A stretch of DNA of 64,000 bases from Gammaproteobacteria bacterium. Lineage in GTDB: Bacteria > Pseudomonadota > Gammaproteobacteria > Eutrophobiales > Eutrophobiaceae. The position numbers and the translations under genes are program-made. The notes beneath the pieces were generated by a model that was not told the origin of the DNA, ran no database searches, and saw only the letters and a program-made list of their open reading frames with translations. The stretch's first letter is position 1. The number at the start of each line of letters is the position of its first letter. Shown piece after piece: positions 52,964 through 62,778 of the stretch. The stretch spans positions 32,001 to 96,000 of the forward strand of contig CAXMWX010000011.1 in assembly GCA_963422205.2 (NCBI GenBank), in the 5' to 3' direction.

Positions 52964-53941
52964 TCACTTGGTCTCCTCCTTGCCGGGGGCCTGCCTATCC
53001 TCGGCCATCTGTTTCTCTACGGCTGCTTTTTGGTCTGCCTCTGGCGGGCTGGTGCTTGCCGCTTTGGGGGGGATGGCAGCAGGGGGATCTTCTGCAGGAG
53101 CTGATGCTGCGGTTTTAGCGGCTCTCCCCGCCGGGCCGGTGGGTTTTTTCGTCCGCTTCCGGGTGCTGGCAGGCTTGTTATCGTTATCAACCACCAGATG
53201 CCCCGCTGTATCCATCTCAATAAAATCATCTTTGTGCTTGACATCGGCCAGGTGTGCCACAGAATCACGGCCAGTGAGGATGGCATCGGCAACAGCGGTC
53301 ACATACAAGCGTATGGAGCGTATGGCATCATCGTTGCCTGGAATAACATAATCCACGCCCTTCGTGCTGTTATTGCTGTCCACCACGCCGATGACCGGGA
53401 TATTCAGCTTGTTCGCTTCGCTGACGGCAATATTTTCATAACCCACGTCAATAACAAACAAGGCATCGGGCGCACCTTGCATGTCTTTGATGCCCGATAG
53501 GCTGCGTTCAAGTTTCTCCAGCTCGCGCTTGAACGTCAGCGCTTCTTTTTTGCTCATGCGCTCCATGCTGCCATCGGTCTGCATCTCCTCCAATTCCCGC
53601 AGCCGGTTAATCGACTGCTTGACCGTCTTGTAGTTCGTCAGCAAACCGCCCAGCCAGCGGCGATTGACATAAGGCATCTCACAGCGCTCGGCCTCTTCCC
53701 TGATGATCTGCTGGGCAGCGCGTTTGGTGCCGACCAGCAGGATGGTGCTGCGCTTTGCCGACAGCTTGCTGATGAAGTTCAGCGCCTCTTCAAATAACGG
53801 CAGGGTCTGCTCAAGATTAATGATGTGAATTTTATTGCGCTGGCCGAACAGATAATTGGCCATCATGGGGTTCCAATAACGGGTCTGGTGGCCAAAATGG
53901 ACACCAGCTTCCAGCATATCTCGCATGCTGATCCTGGACAT
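52964..53941 (-). CDS. rpsB: 30S ribosomal protein S2 with long low-complexity C-terminal tail
   Basis: [36 protein letters not shown]. Start at ATG 53941. Confidence 0.98.
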   Translation of the reverse strand: MSRISMRDMLEAGVHFGHQTRYWNPMMANYLFGQRNKIHIINLEQTLPLFEEALNFISKLSAKRSTILLVGTKRAAQQIIREEAERCEMPYVNRRWLGGLLTNYKTVKQSINRLRELEEMQTDGSMERMSKKEALTFKRELEKLERSLSGIKDMQGAPDALFVIDVGYENIAVSEANKLNIPVIGVVDSNNSTKGVDYVIPGNDDAIRSIRLYVTAVADAILTGRDSVAHLADVKHKDDFIEMDTAGHLVVDNDNKPASTRKRTKKPTGPAGRAAKTAASAPAEDPPAAIPPKAASTSPPEADQKAAVEKQMAEDRQAPGKEETK

Positions 53942-54085
53942 GGTGATGCTCCTCATCGGGTTAAGCCTCCGCATACCCCGACCATTGACCGTTTATGCAC
54001 AGCGGCGACCGGTGTGTCAGCCGCCTGCCCTGCACCAGGCACCCTGATGGCCGGGATGGTGATTCGTATGCGTGTGTATTTTGTT
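53942..54085 (-). ncRNA. rpsB leader (t44-like S2 autoregulatory RNA)
   Basis: Minus strand has ACACACGCATAC...GGGTGCC...GTATGCGGAGGCTTAACCC, resembling the conserved gammaproteobacterial rpsB leader. Confidence 0.65.
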
Positions 54086-54134
54086 GGGTTAAAAAAATCC
54101 AGCGACAAAACCAGTCATTGGAATTGCCATAAAT

Positions 54135-54153
54135 GCGGGCGCTTTATACCATA
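54135..54153 (-). promoter_or_regulatory. rpsB-tsf extended -10 promoter with GC-rich discriminator
   Basis: Minus strand TATGGTATAAAGCGCCCGC, resembling the conserved rpsB promoter TGTGGTATAAAGCGCGC. Confidence 0.7.
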
Positions 54154-54220
54154 GTTAGCCTGAACCACCAAATTTTTCCTAATTTCTTCATTGGCAAACA
54201 ACAACAGAGCAAACACAAGT

Positions 54221-54988
54221 ATGGCGATTTCCATTAAATCGGCGGCTGACATTGAAAAAATGCGCCAGGCCGGGCGCCTGGCATCTCAGGTGTTAGGCAT
54301 GATCGAACCTTATGTACAGGCCGGATGCAGCACAGACGAACTTGACCGGCTCTGTCATCAGTACATCACGATGGAACTGGAGGCCATCCCGGCACCACTG
54401 AACTACCGAGGCTTCCCCAAATCTATCTGCACCTCGATCAATCATGTGGTATGCCATGGCATTCCGGGCAGCAGAAAACTGAAAAACGGCGACATCATCA
54501 ATATTGACATTACCGTGATCAAGGACGGGTATCATGGCGATACCAGCAAGATGTTCTTTGTGGGTGAGCCGTCAATTCGTGCCAGGCGTCTGGTCAATAC
54601 GGCCTATGAATGTATGCAGCTTGGCATTGGCATGGTCAGGCCGGGCAACCGGCTGGGGGATATTGGTCAGGCCATACAAACCCATGCTGAGCAGAATCAG
54701 TTCTCCATCGTCCGGGAATATTGCGGGCATGGCATAGGCCGGGAATTTCATGAAGACCCGCAAGTCCTGCATTATGGCGAGAGCAACACCGGGGTGGTGC
54801 TGGAGGAGGGCATGACGTTTACCATTGAGCCGATGATCAATGCGGGCAAACGGCATGTCAAACTGTTGCCGGATGACTGGACAGTGGTCACCAAAGACCG
54901 ATCCTTGTCGGCACAGTGGGAACACACGATCCTGGTCACCGCCGATGGCCATGAGGTGCTGACCATGAGGCCGGAAGAGGACGTTTGA
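54221..54988 (+). CDS. map: Methionine aminopeptidase type I
   Basis: FPKSICTS, CHGIP, NIDIT, HGDTS, YCGHGIG, FTIEPMIN, SAQWEHT. Confidence 0.97.
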   Translation: MAISIKSAADIEKMRQAGRLASQVLGMIEPYVQAGCSTDELDRLCHQYITMELEAIPAPLNYRGFPKSICTSINHVVCHGIPGSRKLKNGDIINIDITVIKDGYHGDTSKMFFVGEPSIRARRLVNTAYECMQLGIGMVRPGNRLGDIGQAIQTHAEQNQFSIVREYCGHGIGREFHEDPQVLHYGESNTGVVLEEGMTFTIEPMINAGKRHVKLLPDDWTVVTKDRSLSAQWEHTILVTADGHEVLTMRPEEDV

Positions 54989-57648
54989 TGTTTCAGTGGG
55001 ATGCCGCCATTGCCGATACCGATCTGTTCGATCATGCCATTTATAACAGAACCGCCAGCGGTATGGCTGACATACCGCACTTTAAACACCTGCTTGCCAG
55101 AGGCGATGCTTATCTGGCCGAGCAGTTCAGCGCCGGACATGCGATCAAAACGCTGGTATACAGACGTGCCTGGTTTATCGATCAACTGCTCATCTCTGCC
55201 TGGAACCGCCATGTCACGCTGGCCGATACGGCGCTCATCGCCGTTGGTGGTTACGGGCGTGGCGAGCTGCACCCCGGCTCGGATATCGATTTGATGGTGT
55301 TGATCAAGTCCCGCCGACGGGACTCCATCACCTCACAGATCACCGCCTTTCTCACCTTCCTGTGGGATACCGGCCTTGAAGTCGGCCAGAGTGTACGCAC
55401 CATCCGGGAGTGTGTTGCCGAGGCAAAAGCCGACATCACCGTGGCGACCAGCATGATGGAATCCCGGCGGCTCACCGGCAGCAGCGGGCTCTATCACACC
55501 ATGCTGCATCAAACCGCCCCGGCAAAGATCTGGCCTTCGAGAAAATTTTTCGAGGCCAAGCGGCATGAGCAGATTGAAAGACACAAAAAGTTTGCCAACA
55601 CCGAGAATAACCTTGAGCCTAACCTGAAAGAGGGGCCGGGCGGCCTGCGTGATATTCAGGTGATTGCCTGGGTGGCAAAGCGTCATTTCAGTGCGATGAA
55701 TTTAGCCGAACTGGTCACGCATCACTTCTTGACAGCTAAAGAATATGAGGTGCTGGATGGCGGCATGCAGTTTCTCTGGCGAGTGCGTTATGCCCTGCAT
55801 CTGACTGCCGGACGGCGGGAAGATCGGCTGTTGTTTGATCATCAACGGGCCGTGGCAAAGCGCTTTGGCTATGCAACTGAAGATAACACCGGCGTTGAGC
55901 AGTTCATGAAGATGTACTACCTGACGGTAAAAGAGCTGAACCTGCTGAACGAGGTGCTGCTGCAACACTTCCAGGAAGAGATCATCCATGCCCGGCGGCG
56001 GGAGAGGTTAAGGCCCATCAATAAACGTTTTCAAATCAGGAATAACTTTATCGAAGCCTGTCATGTGCATGTCTTTGAACGTTACCCGGCCGCCCTGCTG
56101 GAAATTTTTCTACAGATGCAACTCAACACCGGCATAGCCGGTGTACGTGCCAGCACCATCCGGTTGATTCGCCATTCCCTGCATTTGATAGATGCGGCCT
56201 ATCGTGCCGATATCAAACACCAAAGCCTGTTTCTGGAGATCATTCGCCAGCCGCATCGGGTCGGACATGAGCTTCGGCGGATGCACAAATACGGCGTGCT
56301 GGGGGCGTATTTACCAGCGTTTGCCAGGATTGAGGGCCTGATGCAGTTTGATCTCTTTCATGTCTATACCGTGGATGAGCATATCCTGGCAGTCGTTCGG
56401 TATATGCGCTATTTTGGCCTGCCGGAATATCAGCAGCAGTTTCCCCTGTGCGGTCAATTATTGCAGCAGATCCCTAAGCTGGAGCTGCTCTATCTGGCCG
56501 GCGTTTTTCATGATATCGCCAAGGGCCGGGGGGGCGATCACTCCATGCTGGGCAGCCGGGATGCGCTGGCATTTTGCCGGGCACATGCCTTCAGTGAGTT
56601 CGATGCAAAGCTGGTGGCCTGGCTGGTGGAGAGACACCTGCTGATGTCAATGACAGCCCAACGGCAGGATTTAAATGATCCCGATGTCATCAATGCGTTT
56701 GCCGAGAAAATCGGCGATGTCATCCACTTGAATTATCTGTATTTATTAACCGTTGCCGATATCAATGGCACCAACCCATCGCTCTGGAGCAGTTGGAAAG
56801 ATGCCTTGCTGCTGGATTTATATCACAAGACACGGCATGCCCTGCGCCGGGGGCTGGAGCACCCGATCGACAAAGAAGAGCGCATAGCAGAAGTTAAACG
56901 TGATGCGGTGACAATCATGCACACAAAACCAGGCCGGCAGAGCGTGGATGCAGAATCCACCTGGTCGCACATGAGCGATGATTATTTTCTGCGCTATTCA
57001 GCCGATGAGATTGCCTGGCATACCCGTGCCATCAGCAAAATTAATACAGCCAGACTACCGCTGATCCTCATCCGGGAAAAACCCGGCACACAAACGACTG
57101 AGATATTTATCTACATGCTTGATAATGATAATATTTTCTCCCATATCGCCAGCACGCTCGATAAGCTGAACCTTAATATCCTGGATGCCCGGATCATCAC
57201 ATCAACCCATGGCTACACCCTGGATACCTTTATTTTTGTTGAACATGATGGCAGCCGGGTCACAGGCCAGGTACGTAAAAAACACATCAAATCCGAGCTG
57301 AGAGCGGGCTTGCTGGCCCTTGATGAGCCGGTCAGGAACATCAGCCGCATGACGTCAAGGCGGCTGAAAAACTTCCGGCATCCGGTCAGGGTAGACTTCT
57401 CGGTCGATGAGTCAAACGGGCGGAATATCATGGAGGTCAGCGCCACCGAGATGCCCGGCTTTCTGTCGGTCATCGGCATGGCGCTGGAGTGCTGCGGTGC
57501 CCGCCTGCAAAATGCCAAGATAGCCACTTACGGCGAACGGGTTGAAGATATTTTTTTTATCACGGACCGAAAAAACCAACTCATAGACGACCCGCTGAAA
57601 CTGGAATGCCTGAAAAACAGCATCACGCAGGCCCTCGCCAAGGGATGA
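54985..57648 (+). CDS. glnD: Uridylyltransferase/uridylyl-removing enzyme
   Basis: AVGGYGRGELHPGSDIDL, EPNLKEGPGGLRD, HVYTVDEH, HDIAKGR, C-terminal ACT domains. Confidence 0.97.
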   Translation: MMFQWDAAIADTDLFDHAIYNRTASGMADIPHFKHLLARGDAYLAEQFSAGHAIKTLVYRRAWFIDQLLISAWNRHVTLADTALIAVGGYGRGELHPGSDIDLMVLIKSRRRDSITSQITAFLTFLWDTGLEVGQSVRTIRECVAEAKADITVATSMMESRRLTGSSGLYHTMLHQTAPAKIWPSRKFFEAKRHEQIERHKKFANTENNLEPNLKEGPGGLRDIQVIAWVAKRHFSAMNLAELVTHHFLTAKEYEVLDGGMQFLWRVRYALHLTAGRREDRLLFDHQRAVAKRFGYATEDNTGVEQFMKMYYLTVKELNLLNEVLLQHFQEEIIHARRRERLRPINKRFQIRNNFIEACHVHVFERYPAALLEIFLQMQLNTGIAGVRASTIRLIRHSLHLIDAAYRADIKHQSLFLEIIRQPHRVGHELRRMHKYGVLGAYLPAFARIEGLMQFDLFHVYTVDEHILAVVRYMRYFGLPEYQQQFPLCGQLLQQIPKLELLYLAGVFHDIAKGRGGDHSMLGSRDALAFCRAHAFSEFDAKLVAWLVERHLLMSMTAQRQDLNDPDVINAFAEKIGDVIHLNYLYLLTVADINGTNPSLWSSWKDALLLDLYHKTRHALRRGLEHPIDKEERIAEVKRDAVTIMHTKPGRQSVDAESTWSHMSDDYFLRYSADEIAWHTRAISKINTARLPLILIREKPGTQTTEIFIYMLDNDNIFSHIASTLDKLNLNILDARIITSTHGYTLDTFIFVEHDGSRVTGQVRKKHIKSELRAGLLALDEPVRNISRMTSRRLKNFRHPVRVDFSVDESNGRNIMEVSATEMPGFLSVIGMALECCGARLQNAKIATYGERVEDIFFITDRKNQLIDDPLKLECLKNSITQALAKG

Positions 57649-57663
57649 TTCCAGAGAATCACC

Positions 57664-58335
57664 ATGACCATGTCGAGAACACCGGCAACCGAGGCGGAAT
57701 TGTTAGAGCAGGCCGCCTTGCTGGCCGGCAGGTCACTGGCCGAGTTGGCCGCTATGCTGGCTGTCGAGCTGCCCGGCTCGGCAAAAGCGGCCAAGGGCTG
57801 GGCGGGACAGGCGATTGAACAATTCCTTGGCGCCACTGCCGGTTCTCATGCGGCACCGGACTTTCAGCATCTCGGCATTGAGCTTAAAACCCTGCCTGTT
57901 GATGACAAGCGCAAGCCTAAGGAATCCACCTTTATCTCGGTTGTGCCACACCATGCTGCCCTGGCAGGGCAATGGCATGAGTCCGCCGTATATAAAAAAT
58001 TGCAGCGCGTGCTGTGGATACCAGTCGAAGCGGGCAGCGGGATACGCCTGGGTAACAGGCGCATAGGCAGCGGTTTTCTGTGGAGCCCGGATGCTGAACA
58101 AGCAGAGATATTGCAAAACGACTGGGAAGAGTTAATGGAATTCGTCCATTTTGGTGAATATGACAAGATCAGCTCACGTCAGGGCCAGTATTTACAAATA
58201 CGACCGAAGGCCGCCAACGCCAGCAGCCGGGTGCAGGTCGCCGATGCCGATGGACTCCTGGCCGCCACCCTTCCCCGGGGGTTCTACCTTCGTACCGCAT
58301 TCACGCATCAGTTGCTCATGCAGTTTGCCGGGTAG
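57664..58335 (+). CDS. mutH: DNA mismatch repair endonuclease MutH
   Basis: KGWAGQ..E..LGATAGS..APDF..LGIELKTLP, ESTFIS, LQIRPKAAN, PRGFYLR. Confidence 0.93.
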   Translation: MTMSRTPATEAELLEQAALLAGRSLAELAAMLAVELPGSAKAAKGWAGQAIEQFLGATAGSHAAPDFQHLGIELKTLPVDDKRKPKESTFISVVPHHAALAGQWHESAVYKKLQRVLWIPVEAGSGIRLGNRRIGSGFLWSPDAEQAEILQNDWEELMEFVHFGEYDKISSRQGQYLQIRPKAANASSRVQVADADGLLAATLPRGFYLRTAFTHQLLMQFAG

Positions 58336-58345
58336 CCGTTGAACG

Positions 58346-59353
58346 ATGACGATACAATCCATCGACAGAAGGCTCAGCATCGCCCCGATGATGGCGCATA
58401 CCGACCGGCATTTTCGTTATTTGATACGCCTGATTTCAAAACGTGTGCTGCTCTATACAGAAATGATCACCAGCGGTGCTATCCTTAACGGCGATGCACA
58501 CAAACACTTGCAATTCAATGCCGCCGAGCATCCGGTGGCGATTCAGCTTGGTGGCAGCAACCCGGCGGCACTGGCCCGGTGTGCCCGCCAGGCGGAGGAT
58601 TATGGCTATGATGAGATTAACCTCAATGTCGGTTGTCCCAGCCACCGAGTCCGCTCAGGCCGGTTTGGCGCCTGCCTGATGCTGCAACCCGACACAGTGG
58701 CGAGTTGCATTCAAGCCATGCAGGAAAACTGCGCCCTGCCCGTGACCGTCAAGAGCCGCACAGGCGTGGATGAGCAGGACAGTTACGATGTGCTGCACCA
58801 ATTCATAGAGACAGTTGCCGCCGCCGGCTGTCGCACATTCATCATCCATGCACGCAAGGCTTACTTATCAGGTCTCAGCCCCAGGGCAAACCGCACCATC
58901 CCGGCACTGGAATATGATAAAGTCTATCGGCTTAAAAAAGATTTTCCGGCCCTGGAGATCATCATTAACGGCGGCATCAGGGGCTTGCAGCAAACCAAAG
59001 CGCATCTACAGCAGGTGGACGGAGTCATGATAGGACGGGCTGTCTGTGACAACCCCTGGCTGCTGGCGGAGGCCGATCAGGCGATCTTTGCCCATACCTC
59101 GCTTCCCCAAACATCACCAATAACATCACCAACAGTGCAGCGCTCGCAGGTGATAGCGGAGTATATGCAGTACATGCAGGCCAGGTTAGACCAGGGCGAA
59201 CGGCTGCCCGCTATGTCCCGACATCTGGCCGGCCTCTACCAGGGCCAGCCGGGCGCCAGGGCCTTTCGCCGTTACCTTGGTGAACATGCCAACAGGCGCA
59301 ACTCCAGCATGGAGGCCGTGGGAAAAGCGATGGCCTTTGTGCAGGCGATCTGA
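58346..59353 (+). CDS. dusA: tRNA-dihydrouridine(20/20a) synthase DusA
   Basis: APMM..TDRHFR, QLGGS, NLNVGCPS.RV..G.FGACLM, HARKA, NGGI, GVMIGR. Confidence 0.95.
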   Translation: MTIQSIDRRLSIAPMMAHTDRHFRYLIRLISKRVLLYTEMITSGAILNGDAHKHLQFNAAEHPVAIQLGGSNPAALARCARQAEDYGYDEINLNVGCPSHRVRSGRFGACLMLQPDTVASCIQAMQENCALPVTVKSRTGVDEQDSYDVLHQFIETVAAAGCRTFIIHARKAYLSGLSPRANRTIPALEYDKVYRLKKDFPALEIIINGGIRGLQQTKAHLQQVDGVMIGRAVCDNPWLLAEADQAIFAHTSLPQTSPITSPTVQRSQVIAEYMQYMQARLDQGERLPAMSRHLAGLYQGQPGARAFRRYLGEHANRRNSSMEAVGKAMAFVQAI

Positions 59354-59379
59354 CCACCAGGCAGCAGCGAAAATCACAG

Positions 59380-60000
59380 GTGAACATGCCCATAAAACCG
59401 CTGTTTTATTGCCACGTGCTGACCTTGGCAGCGCTGTTAGCCGCTTGTGGTCAACCGCCAGAGCTGCCCGCACTTGCCCCCGGCGATGTCGTGTTAGCCT
59501 TTGGCGACAGCCTGACGTATGGCACCGGGGCCGGGCAGCAGCAAGCCTATCCGGCGGTGTTAGCATCGCTGTCCGGCTTGCAGATCATCAATGCCGGCGT
59601 GCCGGGGGAAGTCTCAGCAGCCGGGCTGCGGCGTCTGCCAGCGCTGCTGGATACCCACAAGCCCAAATTGCTGATCCTGTGCCACGGCGGCAACGATATC
59701 CTGCGTAAGCAGAGCCTGGATACCGCGGCCCAAAACATCACCCGTATGATTGACCTTGCCCGGGAACGTGATATTCCGGTCATCCTGCTGGGCGTACCGA
59801 AAATCGGCCTGCTGCTCTCCCCCGCCGATATCTATGAACAGATAGCCGAGCAAACCGATGTGGTTTATGTCGCTGATCTCATCTCCGATGTGCTGTCTGA
59901 CAAGCGCCTGAAGTCCGATACCGTGCATCCCAACGCCGAGGGTTATCGGGTTATGGCAGAGACGCTGCATGAACTTCTGCTGGATGCCGATGTCATTTGA
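59380..60000 (+). CDS. SGNH/GDSL arylesterase, probable lipoprotein
   Basis: LAAC lipobox, FGDSLT, NAGVPG, GGND, DTVHPN. Confidence 0.9.
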   Translation: MNMPIKPLFYCHVLTLAALLAACGQPPELPALAPGDVVLAFGDSLTYGTGAGQQQAYPAVLASLSGLQIINAGVPGEVSAAGLRRLPALLDTHKPKLLILCHGGNDILRKQSLDTAAQNITRMIDLARERDIPVILLGVPKIGLLLSPADIYEQIAEQTDVVYVADLISDVLSDKRLKSDTVHPNAEGYRVMAETLHELLLDADVI

Positions 60001-60052
60001 TGGATACAACACCAGCCGCTACGCTACCCACCCACCGAACCAGGACACCGCT

Positions 60053-60733
60053 ATGCACAAAATGACCCATCTCATCTTACCCGGCCTTGTGTTATCCGGC
60101 CTCATCACCACCACCCCGGCGTTGGCACAGGCCGAGATGAGCGATGAGGAAAAACTGAGTTATGCCCTTGGCGTGTTTTTCAGCCAGAACATTATGCAGC
60201 AGGATCTGGTGCTGGATAAAGACGCCTTTCTGCTGGCGGTGAGCGATATGCTGAACGGCCAACAGCCCAAACTCAGCCCCGAGGAAATCAAGACGGTCTT
60301 CACCCGCTTTCGAGAACAACAGGCACAAAAGCAAAATGCGATCGCGACTAAAAATCTGGAGGCCGGGAAAAAATTCTTGGCCGAGAACGGAAAAAAAACC
60401 GGGGTCGTGACAACCCCCAGCGGTCTGCAATATAAAATCATCCGTGCTGGCGAAGGCGAGCCGCCGGCAACTGACGCCACCTACACAGTGCATTACCGCG
60501 GCACGCTGATGGACGGGCATGAGTTTGACAGCTCCTATGCACGCCAGCAGCCCTTGACGTTCACATTAAACGGCGTCATTGCCGGCTGGCAGGAAGCCCT
60601 GCCGATGATGCGCCCTGGCGCAAAATGGCAGTTATTTATTCCGCCGGAGTTGGCCTACGGCGCCCAGGGACAAGGAGAAATTCAGCCGCAATCCACCCTG
60701 CTGTTCGATATAGAACTGTTGTCCGCAAAATAA
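60053..60733 (+). CDS. FKBP-type peptidyl-prolyl isomerase (Mip/FkpA-like)
   Basis: Signal peptide, SYALG, SGLQY, VHYRGTL, FDSSY, VIAGWQE, IPPELAYG. Confidence 0.93.
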   Translation: MHKMTHLILPGLVLSGLITTTPALAQAEMSDEEKLSYALGVFFSQNIMQQDLVLDKDAFLLAVSDMLNGQQPKLSPEEIKTVFTRFREQQAQKQNAIATKNLEAGKKFLAENGKKTGVVTTPSGLQYKIIRAGEGEPPATDATYTVHYRGTLMDGHEFDSSYARQQPLTFTLNGVIAGWQEALPMMRPGAKWQLFIPPELAYGAQGQGEIQPQSTLLFDIELLSAK

Positions 60734-60764
60734 CCCGCGCGCTCACCCTGGCACAGCGATACTT

Positions 60765-62072
60765 CTATTGGCGATAGTGAATACGCCAGATCCGCCCGCT
60801 GACCGAATCCGACACATAGAGCGCCCCCTGCTTATCCTCGGCCAGCCCGGTTGGTCGGTATTCCGCATCTTGCGGGCTGTTGACCGGCCCCGCACCCGCA
60901 AACCCATCGGCAAACACCTCCCAGCCGGGGCCTAACCGGCCTTCACGGTAAGGAATAAAGATCACCTGATAGCCGACCTGCTGATACGGCCCGCGGTTAT
61001 ATGAGCCATGAAAGGCAACAAAGGCACCGTAGCGGTAGCTGTCGGGAAACTGCTCGCCTTCGTAGAACAGCATATCATTGGGGCTGTAGTGGGCGGGAAA
61101 CGCAATGCGTGGTGCTGGATAATGGCGACACCGATCCCGCCTCTCCCCATCCCCGCCGTATTCCGGTGCGGTGATCCAGGCCATCTTCACCGGGTCAAAG
61201 TAGCAATACGGCCACGGATAAACGGCATCTGGTTCAACTTCCAGCATGACCTCGGCGGGTAACTCGGCACCTGCATTGGCATCATAGAACCCCGGCCAGA
61301 GTTCATGCAGGCCATCACGACCATGTTGCACCACAAACAAACGCTGTATCTTCGGATGCCAGTCCAGGGCATAGGCGTTGCGGATCCCGCTGGCGTAGCG
61401 CCTGGCCGAGGCAAAATGCTGTCCGGGCGCTGAGGTGAACTGCCAGATCCCCGCCGCCGTTGCCAGTTCCTGGCAGGGATCATCACCCACCCCCCCGACT
61501 TCACCCTCGCTTAACTGACAGGCATTGCTCGGCGCCCCCATGTTCATATAAATATTACCCTGGGTATCAAACGCAAATGGCTTACCGGCATGGCGCGCCT
61601 GGCGGGGCAGATCCGCCACCACCACCTCCTCTGAAGCGGCGATCAGCGACAGCGGCGGCGCCAGATCATACCGGTACAACGCCGTTTCGCTGGAGAAATA
61701 GAGCCGTCCCTGCCAGATGCCAATCCCCATGCCCGGCATGGTATTAATCTGCTCAAACGTATCCAGATAGCCATCCCCATCCCCATCACGGGCAGCCAGC
61801 AGACCGCCCAGGCCAAGCCGCCGGTTACGCTGGGTGATATACAACTCGCCCGGCGTCTTGACCACAAAATGGCGGATAAACCCAAGGTTATCGGCGATCA
61901 CCCGGGCGCAAAAACCGGTCGGTAACACCAGCCCGCCGTTATCAGGATCACAGGCCGGATTCCGGCTGTCTGTTGTTTGCACATCACTGGCCTGGTCTGC
62001 TTGCTGGCTGCGCTCACAGGCCGCCATACAGAGCAGCAGGACAGGCAGCAGTAAAATCAACTTGCGCCTCAT
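60765..62072 (-). CDS. PQQ-dependent sugar/L-sorbosone dehydrogenase family beta-propeller, probable lipoprotein
   Basis: MRRK + hydrophobic stretch + MAAC lipobox; GIRNA, HGRD, YPWPYCY, AHYSP, AFHGSYNR, RPTGLA..G.LYVSD. Confidence 0.82.
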   Translation of the reverse strand: MRRKLILLLPVLLLCMAACERSQQADQASDVQTTDSRNPACDPDNGGLVLPTGFCARVIADNLGFIRHFVVKTPGELYITQRNRRLGLGGLLAARDGDGDGYLDTFEQINTMPGMGIGIWQGRLYFSSETALYRYDLAPPLSLIAASEEVVVADLPRQARHAGKPFAFDTQGNIYMNMGAPSNACQLSEGEVGGVGDDPCQELATAAGIWQFTSAPGQHFASARRYASGIRNAYALDWHPKIQRLFVVQHGRDGLHELWPGFYDANAGAELPAEVMLEVEPDAVYPWPYCYFDPVKMAWITAPEYGGDGERRDRCRHYPAPRIAFPAHYSPNDMLFYEGEQFPDSYRYGAFVAFHGSYNRGPYQQVGYQVIFIPYREGRLGPGWEVFADGFAGAGPVNSPQDAEYRPTGLAEDKQGALYVSDSVSGRIWRIHYRQ

Positions 62073-62182
62073 CAGCCCCTTAAATATCAGCGATACTAAT
62101 CTGCATGTCAGCATAATAGCTGAACATTGGCCGTGGCGCATTGTCTGATAGACTGGTGGCTGTCTCATTGCCCCGCAGGAAC

Positions 62183-62689
62183 ATGAAAAACAGTGTAACC
62201 ATGACAAGCGGTATTTTTCTGCTCTTTCTTTTGCTCATCAGTGGGGGGCTGCCCGTGTGGGGCGACGAGGCGGTGTGGAGCAATGAGCCAACAGCAAATA
62301 TATCTCTGGCACACCGCTTATATGAGGCCGCCCGGTACGAGGCCGCCGTGCAGCAACTCAGGTATCTTATCCGGCAGCAACCTGACAATGCAAAAGCCCA
62401 TCATCTGCTCGGCAAATGCTACGGCAGGCTGGCGGAGAGCGCAGGCGGGTTCAAGGCGATGGGGTTCGCTAGAAAAACCCGGAAGGCATTTGAAAAAGCG
62501 GTCGCCCTGGATGAGACCAACAGGGCAGCGATTGCCGACCTCATCACCTATTTCAAAGAGGCCCCGGGGTTTTTGGGCGGCAGTCGAAAAAAAGCAGCGG
62601 ACTGGCAGAGGCGGCTCAAGGCGCTGCAAAATCACCGGCCACCCGAAGGCGCCGAACAAACCACGGCGGGCAAAGCCGCACAGCTCTAG
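62183..62689 (+). CDS. Exported tetratricopeptide-repeat protein
   Basis: Signal peptide; TPR-like helices (PDNAKAHHLLGKCYG, FEKAVALD), APGFLGGS motif. Confidence 0.75.
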   Translation: MKNSVTMTSGIFLLFLLLISGGLPVWGDEAVWSNEPTANISLAHRLYEAARYEAAVQQLRYLIRQQPDNAKAHHLLGKCYGRLAESAGGFKAMGFARKTRKAFEKAVALDETNRAAIADLITYFKEAPGFLGGSRKKAADWQRRLKALQNHRPPEGAEQTTAGKAAQL

Positions 62690-62778
62690 GCAGACACCGA
62701 CCGATTGCCCGCCAGGTATTTCAGATTAGGCGGCAGACGTTATATAATCACCCAGGCAACCTCAACAACACTGAACAC

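Noticed and set aside
58346-59353. dusA-associated integrative element
   Set aside because: dusA is intact with no adjacent integrase; the only oddity is a 12-nt in-frame duplication (about 59110-59133, TSPITSPT).
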